A stretch of DNA of 64,000 bases, from positions 42,711 through 106,710 of the forward strand of contig CAWANN010000015.1 of NCBI GenBank assembly GCA_963783415.1, given 5' to 3'. Position numbers and translations under genes: made by a program. Shown here piece by piece: positions 28,518 through 38,152 of this stretch (its first letter is position 1; each line of letters opens with the position of its first letter). Origin of the DNA: an uncultured Solirubrobacterales bacterium (GTDB lineage: Bacteria > Actinomycetota > Thermoleophilia > Solirubrobacterales > Solirubrobacteraceae). The notes under the pieces were generated by a model, which worked only from the letters and a program-made list of their open reading frames with translations, made no database searches and was not told where the DNA came from.

Positions 28518-29550
28518 CGTGTCGGTGTTCGGGAGCGCCGGATTCACGGGCGCGCTGGCCGCGCGGCTGCTGTACCGCCATCCGTCGCTGGAGCTCCGCG
28601 CGATCACCGCGCGCAGCGACGTGGGGCGGAGGCTCGACGACCTGTATCCCCACCACCGGGTGCCGCTCGAGCTCGAGGAGCTCGACTTCGACCGCCACGC
28701 CGACGTCGACGCCGCGGTCGTCGCCTACCCCCACGGCGCGGCCGCACCGGTGGTGGCCGAGCTGCGCGAGAGGGGCGTTCGGGTTGTCGACCTGAGCGCC
28801 GACTTCCGCCTCCATGACCCCGCGGTGTACGGGCGCTGGTACCGCGAGCACCAGGCGCCGAAGCTCCTCGGCGAGGCGGTCTACGGCCTCCCAGAGCTTT
28901 ACCGCGAGGAGATCCGCGGCGCCTCGCTGGTCGCGAACCCGGGCTGCTACCCGACGGCGTCGCTGCTGGCGCTCGCGCCGCTGGCGCGGGCGGGGGTCAT
29001 CGCGGACGTGGTCATCGACGCGAAGTCCGGGGTGTCGGGCGCTGGCCGGGCCGCGACCGAGAAGACCCATTTCGTGACCGTCGACGAGAACCTGACCGCG
29101 TATGGCGTGCCGCGCCACCGCCACATCCCCGAGATCGAACAGGAGCTTGCGGTATTGGATCCCGCCCACCCCGACGTCCGGGTCACGTTCATTCCGCATC
29201 TCGTGCCGCTGGACCAGGGCGAGCTCGTCAGTTGCTACGTGACGCCGTCCGAGGCGATCCGCGACCTCGGAAGCCTCGAAGCGCTGTACGCCGACGCCTA
29301 CGCGGACGAGCCTTTCGTCGAGCTCGCCACCGGGCCGCCCGGTGTCCGTGATGTCCGCGAGACGAACATCTGCCGCATCTCCGTGCACCGGGACGAGCGA
29401 ACGGGGCGCGTGATCGTGTTCGGCGCGATCGACAACCTATGGAAGGGCGCGGCGTCCCAAGCAGTCCAGAACCTCAACCTGATGCTCGGCCTCCCCGAGG
29501 ACGAGGGAATCGGGGTCGGCCGCACGCCCGCTCGCGAGGCGCTCACGTGA
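28507..29550 (+). CDS. argC: N-acetyl-gamma-glutamyl-phosphate reductase
   Basis: GSAGFTG, DLSADFRL, ANPGCYPTA, DAKSGVSGAGR, IDNLWKGAASQAVQNLN; GTG overlaps the pheT end. Confidence 0.96.
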   Translation: MPHSVSVFGSAGFTGALAARLLYRHPSLELRAITARSDVGRRLDDLYPHHRVPLELEELDFDRHADVDAAVVAYPHGAAAPVVAELRERGVRVVDLSADFRLHDPAVYGRWYREHQAPKLLGEAVYGLPELYREEIRGASLVANPGCYPTASLLALAPLARAGVIADVVIDAKSGVSGAGRAATEKTHFVTVDENLTAYGVPRHRHIPEIEQELAVLDPAHPDVRVTFIPHLVPLDQGELVSCYVTPSEAIRDLGSLEALYADAYADEPFVELATGPPGVRDVRETNICRISVHRDERTGRVIVFGAIDNLWKGAASQAVQNLNLMLGLPEDEGIGVGRTPAREALT

Positions 29551-30794
29551 CGGCTACCGGGTCGTTCTTCGGATCGCGCTGGGTCGAGGTTCCGGGCAAC
29601 GTCTCCGAGCCCGGCGGTGGGTTGCCGAAGGGGTTCACGGCGGCCGGCGTGGCCTGCGGGATCAAGCCGAGCGGCGGGCTCGACCTCGGCCTGATCGTCT
29701 CGAGCGCGCCGGCCACGACGAGCGCGGCTCGCTTCACCAACTCGGGCACGCAGTCGGCGCCGGTGCTGCTGTGCCGGGAGCGGTGCTCGCTCGCCGGCAT
29801 CCGCGCGATCGTCGTCAATTCCGGGAACGCCAACGCGGCCACCGGGCGCCCGGGGTTCGAGAACGCCGTCAAGATGCAGGGCGCCGCGGCGCTGGCCAGC
29901 CGCTGCACGGAGAGCGCGGTGGCGGTCGCCTCGACCGGAGTGATCGGGGTGCCGCTCCCGGTGAGCTCCGCGATCACGGGAATCGTGCAGGCGACGCACG
30001 CGCTCCGCCCTGACGGCGAGGTCGACTTCGCGCACGCGATCCGAACCACCGACGCGCTCGACAAGCACGCCTGCCTCGACGTCGAGGTCGGCGCCGGCGC
30101 CGTGCGCCTGACCGCGCAGGCCAAGGGCGCCGGGATGATCTCGCCGAACTTCGCGACGCTCTTGTGCTTCGTCCAGACCGACGCGGCGTTGTCGCCGGAA
30201 ACCTGCGACCTGCTCCTCGGGGTCACGGTTAAGCGTTCGTTCGAGCGGATCAGCGTCGACGGCCAGCTGTCGACCAGCGACACGGTGATCCTCCAGGCCA
30301 GCGGTGAGTCGGGCGTGGCGATCGAGCCGGAGACCGAGGACGAGGTACGGTTCGGCGAGGCACTCGACGCGGTGCTCCGGCAACTGGCGCTGAACATCGT
30401 GCGCGACGGCGAGGGTGCCCGTCGCGTCGGCCGCGTCGTCGTCCGCGGAGGCACCGACGCGGTGGTGGACCGCGTCGCGCATGCGGTCGCGGACTCGCCG
30501 TTGGTCAAGACCGCGCTCTACGGAGGCGACCCGAACTGGGGGCGGATCATCCAGTCGGTCGGGATGGCGATGCCCGGCACCGCGCCGCTTGCGGTCGACA
30601 TCGCGATCGAGGGGATCCAGGTGTGCGCGCGCGGGCAGTACGTCCCGCACGACGAGGAGGCCCTGAAGGCGGCCGTTCAGGGCGAGGAGGTCGAGTACGA
30701 GATCGGCCTCCCCGGCGAGGGAGCCGAGACCGAGCGCTACTTCTCCGATCTCGGACACGAGTACGTGACGCTGAATGCCGAGTACACCACCTAG
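29547..30794 (+). CDS. argJ: Bifunctional ornithine acetyltransferase/N-acetylglutamate synthase
   Basis: STGVIG, AKGAGMISPNFATLL, VDGQLSTSDT, DGEGA, DPNWGRI, NAEYTT. Confidence 0.95.
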   Translation: MTATGSFFGSRWVEVPGNVSEPGGGLPKGFTAAGVACGIKPSGGLDLGLIVSSAPATTSAARFTNSGTQSAPVLLCRERCSLAGIRAIVVNSGNANAATGRPGFENAVKMQGAAALASRCTESAVAVASTGVIGVPLPVSSAITGIVQATHALRPDGEVDFAHAIRTTDALDKHACLDVEVGAGAVRLTAQAKGAGMISPNFATLLCFVQTDAALSPETCDLLLGVTVKRSFERISVDGQLSTSDTVILQASGESGVAIEPETEDEVRFGEALDAVLRQLALNIVRDGEGARRVGRVVVRGGTDAVVDRVAHAVADSPLVKTALYGGDPNWGRIIQSVGMAMPGTAPLAVDIAIEGIQVCARGQYVPHDEEALKAAVQGEEVEYEIGLPGEGAETERYFSDLGHEYVTLNAEYTT

Positions 30795-31662
30795 CACGCA
30801 CGACTCGCAGAGCCAGCGGGACGTCGGCACGCTGCTCGAAGCGCTGCCGTACATCCGCGAGTTCCACGGCAAGACCGTCGTGATCAAGTACGGCGGGGCG
30901 GCGATGATCGATGCCTCGCTCAAGGAAGAGTTCGCGCGCGACGTGGTGCTGCTCAAGTACGTCGGAATGAACCCGGTGATCGTGCACGGCGGCGGCCCGG
31001 AGATCACGAGCTACATGCAGCGCCTCGACCTGCCGGTGCAGTTCGTCGAAGGCCTGCGGGTGTCGAGCGCCGAGACCGTCGAGGTCGCAAAGATGGTGCT
31101 CGTCGGCAAGGTCAACAAGGACATCGTGCTGCTGATCAACCGCCACGGCCAGCCTGCGATCGGCCTGTGCGGGGACGACGGGCTGCTGTTCCGGGCCAAG
31201 CGCAAGACCGCGCCGAGCGGCCAGGACATCGGCTTCGTCGGCTCGATCGAACGCGTCGACGTCGACGTGCTGACCCATGTCGCGCAGGACTACATCCCCG
31301 TGGTGGCGAGCGTCGGCGCCGACCGCGACGGCAACTCCTACAACATCAACGCCGACGAGGCCGCCGGCGCCGTCGCCCGCGCGCTGACGGCGTACAAGCT
31401 GATGTTCCTCACCGACGTTCCCGGCTGGCTCGCCGACCCCGAGGACCCGGCGAGCGTCGTGTCGGAGGCGGGCGTCGATTCAGTGGTCGACGCGCTCGCG
31501 AGCATCGGCGGCGGGATGCGGCCAAAGCTCCAGGCCTGCGTCGACGCGATCCAGGGCGGCGTCTCGTTCGCGCACATCGTCGACGGCCGCGTGCCGCATT
31601 CGCTGCTGCTCGAGCTGTTCACGAACGCCGGCCTGGGCACGAAGATCAGGCCCGCCGTATGA
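30775..31662 (+). CDS. argB: Acetylglutamate kinase
   Basis: VVIKYGGAAM, VHGGGPEI, NINADEAA, GGMRPKL, LLLELFT. Confidence 0.97.
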   Translation: MPSTPPSTHDSQSQRDVGTLLEALPYIREFHGKTVVIKYGGAAMIDASLKEEFARDVVLLKYVGMNPVIVHGGGPEITSYMQRLDLPVQFVEGLRVSSAETVEVAKMVLVGKVNKDIVLLINRHGQPAIGLCGDDGLLFRAKRKTAPSGQDIGFVGSIERVDVDVLTHVAQDYIPVVASVGADRDGNSYNINADEAAGAVARALTAYKLMFLTDVPGWLADPEDPASVVSEAGVDSVVDALASIGGGMRPKLQACVDAIQGGVSFAHIVDGRVPHSLLLELFTNAGLGTKIRPAV

Positions 31663-32819
31663 GCGTCTCAGAGCTCCAGGACCTCGAGCGCGAGTACGCG
31701 GTGCCGACGTACGTGCGGAACCCGGTGCAGTTCGTGCGCGGCTCCGGCGTGCGCCTGTGGGATGCCGACGACAACGAGTACCTCGACTTCCTCGCCGGGA
31801 TCTCGGTGCTCAACGTCGGGCACTGCCACCCTCGGGTGGTGCAGGCCGTCCGCGAGCAGGCCGGTCGCCTTTCCCACGTCAGCAACCTCTACTACACCGA
31901 GCCCGCGCTGAAGCTGTCGGCGGCGCTGTCGCGGAGCTCGCTCGGGGGCAAGGTGTTCCTGTGTAACTCCGGCGCCGAGGCGAACGAGGCGGCGATCAAG
32001 CTCGCCCGGCGCGCGCGGCCCGGCGGGAACGTCGTCGTTTTTGAAGGGGCGTTCCACGGACGCACCTATGGCGCGCTTTCGGCCACCCCTCAGGAGACCA
32101 AGCAGGCGCCGTTCGCGCCGCTGGTGCCGGGGTTCGTCGTCGTCCCGAAGGATCCGGGCGCGCTTTACGGGGCGGTCGACGACCGCACCGCGGCGGTGCT
32201 GCTCGAGCCGATCCAGGGGGAGACCGGGATCCACGTCCTGTCCGACGACCTGCTTCTGGCGGCGCGCGAGGCGTGTGACCGGACCGGTGCCGCGCTGATC
32301 TTCGACGAGATCCAGTCAGGGATGGGGAGGACCGGCACCCTGTGGGCCTACGAGCAGACCGACGTCATCCCCGACGCGCTCACGAGCGCCAAGGCGCTCG
32401 GCGGTGGGCTGCCGATTGGAGCTTTGATAACCGGGCCACGGCTGGGTGACACGCTCCAGCCCGGCGACCATGGCTCGACGTTCGCCGGCGGTCCCGTGGT
32501 GTCGTCCTCGGCACTCGTCGCGCTCGAGATCTGCTCGGATCCGGAGCTGCTCGCGCGCGTGCGTGCCGCCGGGCAGCGACTTGCGGCGGGGCTTGCGACC
32601 CTGCCGTATGTTGGGGCGGTGCGTGGGCGGGGACTGATGCTGGCGATCGACGTCGATCCGGAGATCGACGCGGCCGAGCTGGCGCGGCGCGCCTTGCTCG
32701 AGCAGCGGCTGGTCGTCAACGCCACCGGCCCGGCGACGATCCGCCTCGAGCCGCCCCTGATCGTCTCCGACGGCGAGCTCGACGAGGCCGTGGCGCGGCT
32801 GGAGGCGCTGGCGCCGTGA
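31659..32819 (+). CDS. argD: Acetylornithine aminotransferase
   Basis: YLDFLAGI, NSGAEANEAAIK, FHGRT, EPIQGETG, FDEIQSGMGRTG, AKALGGG. Confidence 0.95.
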   Translation: MSVSELQDLEREYAVPTYVRNPVQFVRGSGVRLWDADDNEYLDFLAGISVLNVGHCHPRVVQAVREQAGRLSHVSNLYYTEPALKLSAALSRSSLGGKVFLCNSGAEANEAAIKLARRARPGGNVVVFEGAFHGRTYGALSATPQETKQAPFAPLVPGFVVVPKDPGALYGAVDDRTAAVLLEPIQGETGIHVLSDDLLLAAREACDRTGAALIFDEIQSGMGRTGTLWAYEQTDVIPDALTSAKALGGGLPIGALITGPRLGDTLQPGDHGSTFAGGPVVSSSALVALEICSDPELLARVRAAGQRLAAGLATLPYVGAVRGRGLMLAIDVDPEIDAAELARRALLEQRLVVNATGPATIRLEPPLIVSDGELDEAVARLEALAP

Positions 32820-34369
32820 CCGGCACTGAGTTGCTGCTTCCGGACGAGATGACCCTTCGCGGCGCGGGCGAGGCCCTTGCGGCGCGCCTCCAGATCGAGG
32901 ACGGCGTGAGCTGCGAGCGCGAGCGGATCTACTACGACACGTTTGACGGGTTGCTGCGGGACGCCGGGCTGACGGTGATGCACGTCGACGGGACGTTGTC
33001 GGCGACGTCGCACGACTCCGGGATGGTGGTCGCATCGCTCCCGATGCCGGCGCCGACCAAGCCGCTGTTCGCCCGCGAGCTGCCGCCCGGCCCGCTGCGC
33101 GACGCGCTGGCTCCGATCACCGACGTTCGCGCGGTGCTCCCGCTCGTGCATCTCCAAAGCGACGAGCGCTTGCTGTCCGTGCTCGACGACGAGCGCAAGA
33201 CGGTCGTCCGCCTCACGCTCGAGGAGACGAAGCTCGTCGGATCGAACGGCCCGGACGCGGCGCTGCGGCCGCGCCTGCGGATGACCGGCATCCGCGGGTA
33301 CGACAAGCAGCTGAGCCGCGTGCAGGAGGTGCTCGTCGTCGAGCTCGGCTTCAAGCCCGCCGACCAGCCGCTGGTCGATGAGGCGGTCAGGGCCGCCGGC
33401 GGCGTGCCCGGCGGTCTCCCGACGAAGGTTGGGGTTCCGCTCCAGCCCGGTCAGCGCTCGGACGCCGCTGCCGCGGTCGTGTTGCGCGGGATGCTCGAGG
33501 TGATCGAGGCGAACCTCGACGGCACGATCGCCGACATCGACACCGAGTTCCTGCACGACCTGAGGGTGTCGGTGCGACGCTCGCGCTCAGTTCAGCGCGA
33601 GCTCAAGCGCGTATTCCCGCCCGACGAGCTCGCGCACTACCGGGCGGAGTTCCGCTGGCTGCAACAGGCCACCGGCGACGTCCGCGACCTCGACGTGTAC
33701 CTGCTCGAGTTCGACTCGACGCGCGTACTCGTTCCCGCAGCGATGCAGGATGACCTCGATCCGCTGCTGCGCGTGCTGCGAGCACGGCGCGCGGCGGCCC
33801 GCCGGGCGATGGTCCGGGCGCTCCGCTCCAAACGGACCTCGACGCTGCTCTCGGACTGGGGTTCGTTCCTCGACGGGCTCGAGGCGATGCCGGAGGACGA
33901 GCGTCCGGATGCGGCGCGCCCGATCGGCGAGGTCTCCGGCGAGCGGATCCGGAAGGTCTACCGGCGGATGCTGAAGATGGGCGGCGCGATCGACGAGTCG
34001 AGCCCCGCCGAGGCCTACCACGAGCTGCGGAAGAAGGGGAAGGAGCTGCGCTACCTGCTCGAGCTGTTCGGCGTCCCGCTGTTCCCCGAGGAGGTGGTCA
34101 AGCCGATGATCAAGACGCTCAAGGCCCTCCAGGACGTGCTCGGCCGCCACCAGGATCGCGAGGTGCAGATATCGCTGCTGCGTTCGCTGGGTTCCGAATT
34201 GGTGCCCGCCCGCCCGGCGGCGGGCGGCGAGGCCGCGCTGATGGCGATCGGGGCGCTGGTGGCGCGGCTCGGTGAGGACGAGCGCGCTGCCCGAGGAGAA
34301 TTCGCCGGCCGGTTCGCCGAGTTCGCGTCCAAGGAGCAACGACGGCTGGTCAAGGAGACATTCGCATGA
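32816..34369 (+). CDS. CYTH-like plus CHAD domain protein (polyphosphate-binding family)
   Basis: YYDTFDG N-terminal motif; DTEFLHDLRVSVRRSRS, HELRKKGKELRY, LQDVLGRHQD CHAD motifs. Confidence 0.88.
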   Translation: MTGTELLLPDEMTLRGAGEALAARLQIEDGVSCERERIYYDTFDGLLRDAGLTVMHVDGTLSATSHDSGMVVASLPMPAPTKPLFARELPPGPLRDALAPITDVRAVLPLVHLQSDERLLSVLDDERKTVVRLTLEETKLVGSNGPDAALRPRLRMTGIRGYDKQLSRVQEVLVVELGFKPADQPLVDEAVRAAGGVPGGLPTKVGVPLQPGQRSDAAAAVVLRGMLEVIEANLDGTIADIDTEFLHDLRVSVRRSRSVQRELKRVFPPDELAHYRAEFRWLQQATGDVRDLDVYLLEFDSTRVLVPAAMQDDLDPLLRVLRARRAAARRAMVRALRSKRTSTLLSDWGSFLDGLEAMPEDERPDAARPIGEVSGERIRKVYRRMLKMGGAIDESSPAEAYHELRKKGKELRYLLELFGVPLFPEEVVKPMIKTLKALQDVLGRHQDREVQISLLRSLGSELVPARPAAGGEAALMAIGALVARLGEDERAARGEFAGRFAEFASKEQRRLVKETFA

Positions 34370-35634
34370 GCGCCTCGGACTTCGGCCACCTGCCGACGAC
34401 CACCTACGAGGCTGACCCGTCGCATGTCCATCGTGTCTTGCTGCTCTACAGCGGCGGCCTCGACACGAGCGTGATGCTCAAGTGGATCCAGGAGCAGTAC
34501 CAGGCCGAGGTCGTGGCGCTGACCGTGAACCTGGGCCAGCCCGGCGAGGACTACGAGGTGATTCGGGGAAAGGCGCTCCGGCTCGGCGCGCTCGACTGCC
34601 ATGTGGTCGACGCGCGCGAGGAGTTCGCACGGGAGTACATCGTTCCCGCGATCAAGGCCAACGGGATCTACGGCCTCGGCTACCCGCTCTTCACCGCGCT
34701 CGGCCGTCCGCTGATCGCGAAGCTCGCGGTGCAGTACGCGCGGCAATCCGGATGCGACACGATCGCGCACGGCTGCACCGGTAAGGGCAACGATCAGGTC
34801 CGAATCGACGCGACCGTGGCCACTCTCGGGCCCGAGCTGCGCGTGATCGCGCCGGTCCGCGGGTGGCGGATGGGGCGCGAGGAGGAGGTCGCGTACGCGC
34901 GCGACCACGGCATCCCGGTCAAGGGCGGGACCGAAGTCGCTCCGTATTCGATCGACGACAACCTGTGGGGGCGATCGAGCGAGGGCCGCTGGATCGAGCA
35001 GCTCGACCACGCGCCCGACGACGATGTGTTCCAGCTCGTCACCAGGCCCGAGGAGGCGCCCGATTCTGCCGAGATCGTGACCGTGGAGTTCGAGAGCGGG
35101 GTCCCGGTGGCGCTCAACGGGGAGCGGCTCGAATTGGTTTCGCTGCTCGAGCGCGCGGGGGAGATCGGCGCGCGCCACGGCGTCGGGATCGTCGACCACA
35201 TCGAGGACCGCATCGTCGGCCTGAAGGTTCGCGACATCTACGAGGTGCCGGCGGCTGCGATCCTGCTGCTCGCCCACCAGGAACTCGAGAAGCTCGTCGG
35301 CACGATCCACCAGAACCAGCTCAAGCCGATGCTCGACCAGCGGTGGGCGTATCTCGTCTATGCCGGCCTGTGGTGGGATCCGCTCCGGAGCGACCTCGAC
35401 GCCTACATGGACGCCGCGAATTCACAGGTGACCGGCACGATCGGGATCAAGCTGTACAAGGGCTCGGCGCGGGCGGTCACGCGCTCGTCGCCGCACGCGG
35501 TCTACGACGAGCAGCTGGCCTCGTTCGCCCAGTCGGGCGGGCTGTTCGCCCAGGCCGCGTCACCCGGATTCATCGAGCTGTGGTCGCTGCAGTCGCGGAT
35601 GGCGTGGCGGCTGCGGCATGGACAGCAGGATTGA
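34366..35634 (+). CDS. argG: Argininosuccinate synthase
   Basis: LLYSGGLDTS, HGCTGKGNDQVR, YSIDDNLWGRS, IYEVPAA. Confidence 0.95.
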   Translation: MSASDFGHLPTTTYEADPSHVHRVLLLYSGGLDTSVMLKWIQEQYQAEVVALTVNLGQPGEDYEVIRGKALRLGALDCHVVDAREEFAREYIVPAIKANGIYGLGYPLFTALGRPLIAKLAVQYARQSGCDTIAHGCTGKGNDQVRIDATVATLGPELRVIAPVRGWRMGREEEVAYARDHGIPVKGGTEVAPYSIDDNLWGRSSEGRWIEQLDHAPDDDVFQLVTRPEEAPDSAEIVTVEFESGVPVALNGERLELVSLLERAGEIGARHGVGIVDHIEDRIVGLKVRDIYEVPAAAILLLAHQELEKLVGTIHQNQLKPMLDQRWAYLVYAGLWWDPLRSDLDAYMDAANSQVTGTIGIKLYKGSARAVTRSSPHAVYDEQLASFAQSGGLFAQAASPGFIELWSLQSRMAWRLRHGQQD

Positions 35635-35663
35635 GCCGCGAACCCGGGGGTAGCTTCAACTCA

Positions 35664-35816
35664 ATGGGTTACAAGGTTCTTGGATACATGGTCTGGCAGG
35701 GCAGCAAGTGGTACTTCCGCCAAAAGATGCCCGGCCCGAAGCTCGCGATTGCAGGGATCGCCGGCGCCGCGCTCGCCGGCGGCGCGCTGGTCGTCCAGCG
35801 CCGAGTCGCTCACTGA
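35664..35816 (+). CDS. 50-aa hypothetical membrane protein
   Basis: MGYKVLGYMVWQGSKWYF...AIAGIAGAALAGGALVV; ATG 7 nt after TAGCTT. Confidence 0.6.
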   Translation: MGYKVLGYMVWQGSKWYFRQKMPGPKLAIAGIAGAALAGGALVVQRRVAH

Positions 35817-35976
35817 CGCTCACGCGGCCTGCCTAACGCGACAATCGGCTCGGCTCGGCCCGAACCGTGCCGTGTCGTGCGTGCCCCACGTGAACGACAC
35901 GCCACGGTCGCGGCCAAGCGGGTCGCGTGTCGTGTTATTGCGTGTTCGTCCGCTCGCGGCCGTACCTTCCCGGGCG

Positions 35977-38070
35977 ATGAGCGATCTGCCTTCCGCCCTT
36001 GGGATCGAGGCGGTGGAGCTCGTGGCTGAAGGCGGGCGCAGCGTGACGGTTCGCGTCACCGGGAGATGGCGGCGCCGGCGCCCCGAGCTCCGCGGTCAGG
36101 CGATGCTCGTGGTCGAGACGGGGACGGTACGGCAGCGGTTCGTGGCGATGCCCGAGCCTCCCTCGCTGATCGGCGCGGCCCCGGGGACGTGGCGACTGAG
36201 CTTCACCGTGCCGGCCGAGCTCGCGCCGCAGCTGGCTGGCAAGACGTTCCTACAGCTGGGGGCGGTGATGGTGCCCCTCCCGGTCGGCGAGGCGTCGGCC
36301 CCCGGCGAGGAGGTCGCCTCGGAGGATCCGGATTCAGCGCTGATCGAGGCCCGCCGGCTCCGCAGCTCAGAGCTCGCGGCCGAGAGCGCCCGCCGGCGCG
36401 CCGCCGAAGCGGAGGCGACGGTGGTCGAGCTCGAAGCCCAGGTCGCTGAGGTCGAGGGCGAGCTGGCGCGGGCGCGGGCGGAGTCGGACCGGCTTCGGGA
36501 CGAGATCGCCGAGCGCGAGTGCCGGCTGCGGAGCTCCGAGCAGCACGTCCACGCCGAGGCCGCCCGGCGCAGCGAGGTCGAGCAGTCGCTGAGCCAGAAG
36601 ACACGCGCCGCCGGGCACGACCTCCGGGTCCTCCACGAGCACGTCGCCGACCTCGAGCGGGAGCTCGCCCGGACGCGCCGGGCGGTGGACGAGGCGCAGC
36701 ATCTGGCCGCCGCCGCGCATGCCGGACGTGCTGAAGCCGAACGTCGGCTGGCGGAGCGGCCGCCGCCCGCGCCCGAACCGCCGGCGCCCGAACCGCCCGC
36801 GTTGGAGCCACCGGCGCAGGAACCGGCGGCGCCGGCGCCCGACCCGCCCCCCTCGGTCAACGGGGCCCGGGCGGCGCGAATTGCGACAGAGCTCGCGCTG
36901 GCCCGAGCAACGGCGGTGCGCCGAGCCGCGCCCCCGATTCGAATCGCGCCGGCACGCGCCGCCGACGGCCAGGCGCTCCGCCTCGAATCGGCGATGGTCG
37001 AGCATCGCGCCGCCGGCCTCGAGCGCGAGCTCGCCGTGGCGCGCCACGAGCTTGCCGACGCCCGCCGCGATCTTGCCCACGCCCGCCGTGACCTCGAGCG
37101 CCAGCGGCTCCTGAACGAGCGCGCCTACCTCGCGATCGAGCACGTTCGCGGGGAGCTGGCCCGGCTTGGTGACAGTTCCCCGCCGGAGCCAGCCCCACGA
37201 GCGCCGGCATCGGCGGACCCGGTCCAGGCGGAGAAGCTCAGCGCTGCCCTCGCCCGGCTACGAGAGACGTCGTCGGCGTCGCCCGAGGAATCCGTGCCCG
37301 CGGAACCGGCTGCCGTGATCGAGCCGACCGGACGGCCTGCGAAGCCGTGGCTGGGCAAGGCGTTCCGGACGCTCGTCGCCCGCGACGCATCCGCGGCCGG
37401 GCGGCTGTTGCGGGCGCTGCTCGCTGCCCAGCGGGCGGCGGACCCGCGGGCGGTGGCGTACGACCTCATCCTCGGCGACATGGCGGCCGTGCGGGTGACC
37501 GTGTCGAGCGCGACGGCGGAGGTCGATCTTGGCGACTCTCCCCGACCGCTGTCCGAGGTCGACTTCCAGCTCGATGGAGACCTCGCGAGCATCGCCCGCC
37601 TGCTCGCGGCCGGCCCGTGGCGACGCCGGTTCGCTCGCCTGCCTATCGGCGGCCGGCTGGCACGGGTCCGAGGAGACCGGAACCGGCTCGGAGCGCTCGA
37701 GCATCTGCTCGGCGCTCCGCTGACTCTCGGCCAGCTGCGCGCGGCCGGGGTGGGGCTCGACCCGTTGCTGGCGCTGACCGTTGCCGCGGCGATGATCGAG
37801 CCCGGATGGACAGCGGGCGAGCGCTTCACGATCGCCCACCGCGAGCCTCCGGCGGCCTCGCCCGACGGCTATCTGCACGTCCGCGATGCGCGGGCCCCGA
37901 TCGCCACCGAGGAGCCGCCGAACGGGCCGGTCGCGACGACGATCGAGTGTGCCGCGGGCGACCTGTTCGGCCTCCTCGCCGGTGAGCAGGTGGCATCTGT
38001 CGCGATCTCCGGCGACCAACGGCCGCTCACGCTGGTTCGCCAGTGGCTGGATCGCGCACAGTGCGGATGA
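35977..38070 (+). CDS. Hypothetical protein: N-terminal beta domain, long coiled coil, Pro-rich linkers, C-terminal SCP2-like domains
   Basis: E/R/A-rich heptads, (PPAPE)-type repeats, C-terminal segments with SCP2-like alternation; domain call tentative. Confidence 0.7.
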   Translation: MSDLPSALGIEAVELVAEGGRSVTVRVTGRWRRRRPELRGQAMLVVETGTVRQRFVAMPEPPSLIGAAPGTWRLSFTVPAELAPQLAGKTFLQLGAVMVPLPVGEASAPGEEVASEDPDSALIEARRLRSSELAAESARRRAAEAEATVVELEAQVAEVEGELARARAESDRLRDEIAERECRLRSSEQHVHAEAARRSEVEQSLSQKTRAAGHDLRVLHEHVADLERELARTRRAVDEAQHLAAAAHAGRAEAERRLAERPPPAPEPPAPEPPALEPPAQEPAAPAPDPPPSVNGARAARIATELALARATAVRRAAPPIRIAPARAADGQALRLESAMVEHRAAGLERELAVARHELADARRDLAHARRDLERQRLLNERAYLAIEHVRGELARLGDSSPPEPAPRAPASADPVQAEKLSAALARLRETSSASPEESVPAEPAAVIEPTGRPAKPWLGKAFRTLVARDASAAGRLLRALLAAQRAADPRAVAYDLILGDMAAVRVTVSSATAEVDLGDSPRPLSEVDFQLDGDLASIARLLAAGPWRRRFARLPIGGRLARVRGDRNRLGALEHLLGAPLTLGQLRAAGVGLDPLLALTVAAAMIEPGWTAGERFTIAHREPPAASPDGYLHVRDARAPIATEEPPNGPVATTIECAAGDLFGLLAGEQVASVAISGDQRPLTLVRQWLDRAQCG

Positions 38071-38152
38071 TCGGTTCGCCGAGGGCCAAGATCGTCCGGC
38101 GCGATGCCTATGCTCGTAGGGCGGGCTGACTTCAGCATCCCGACTCCCTCGT

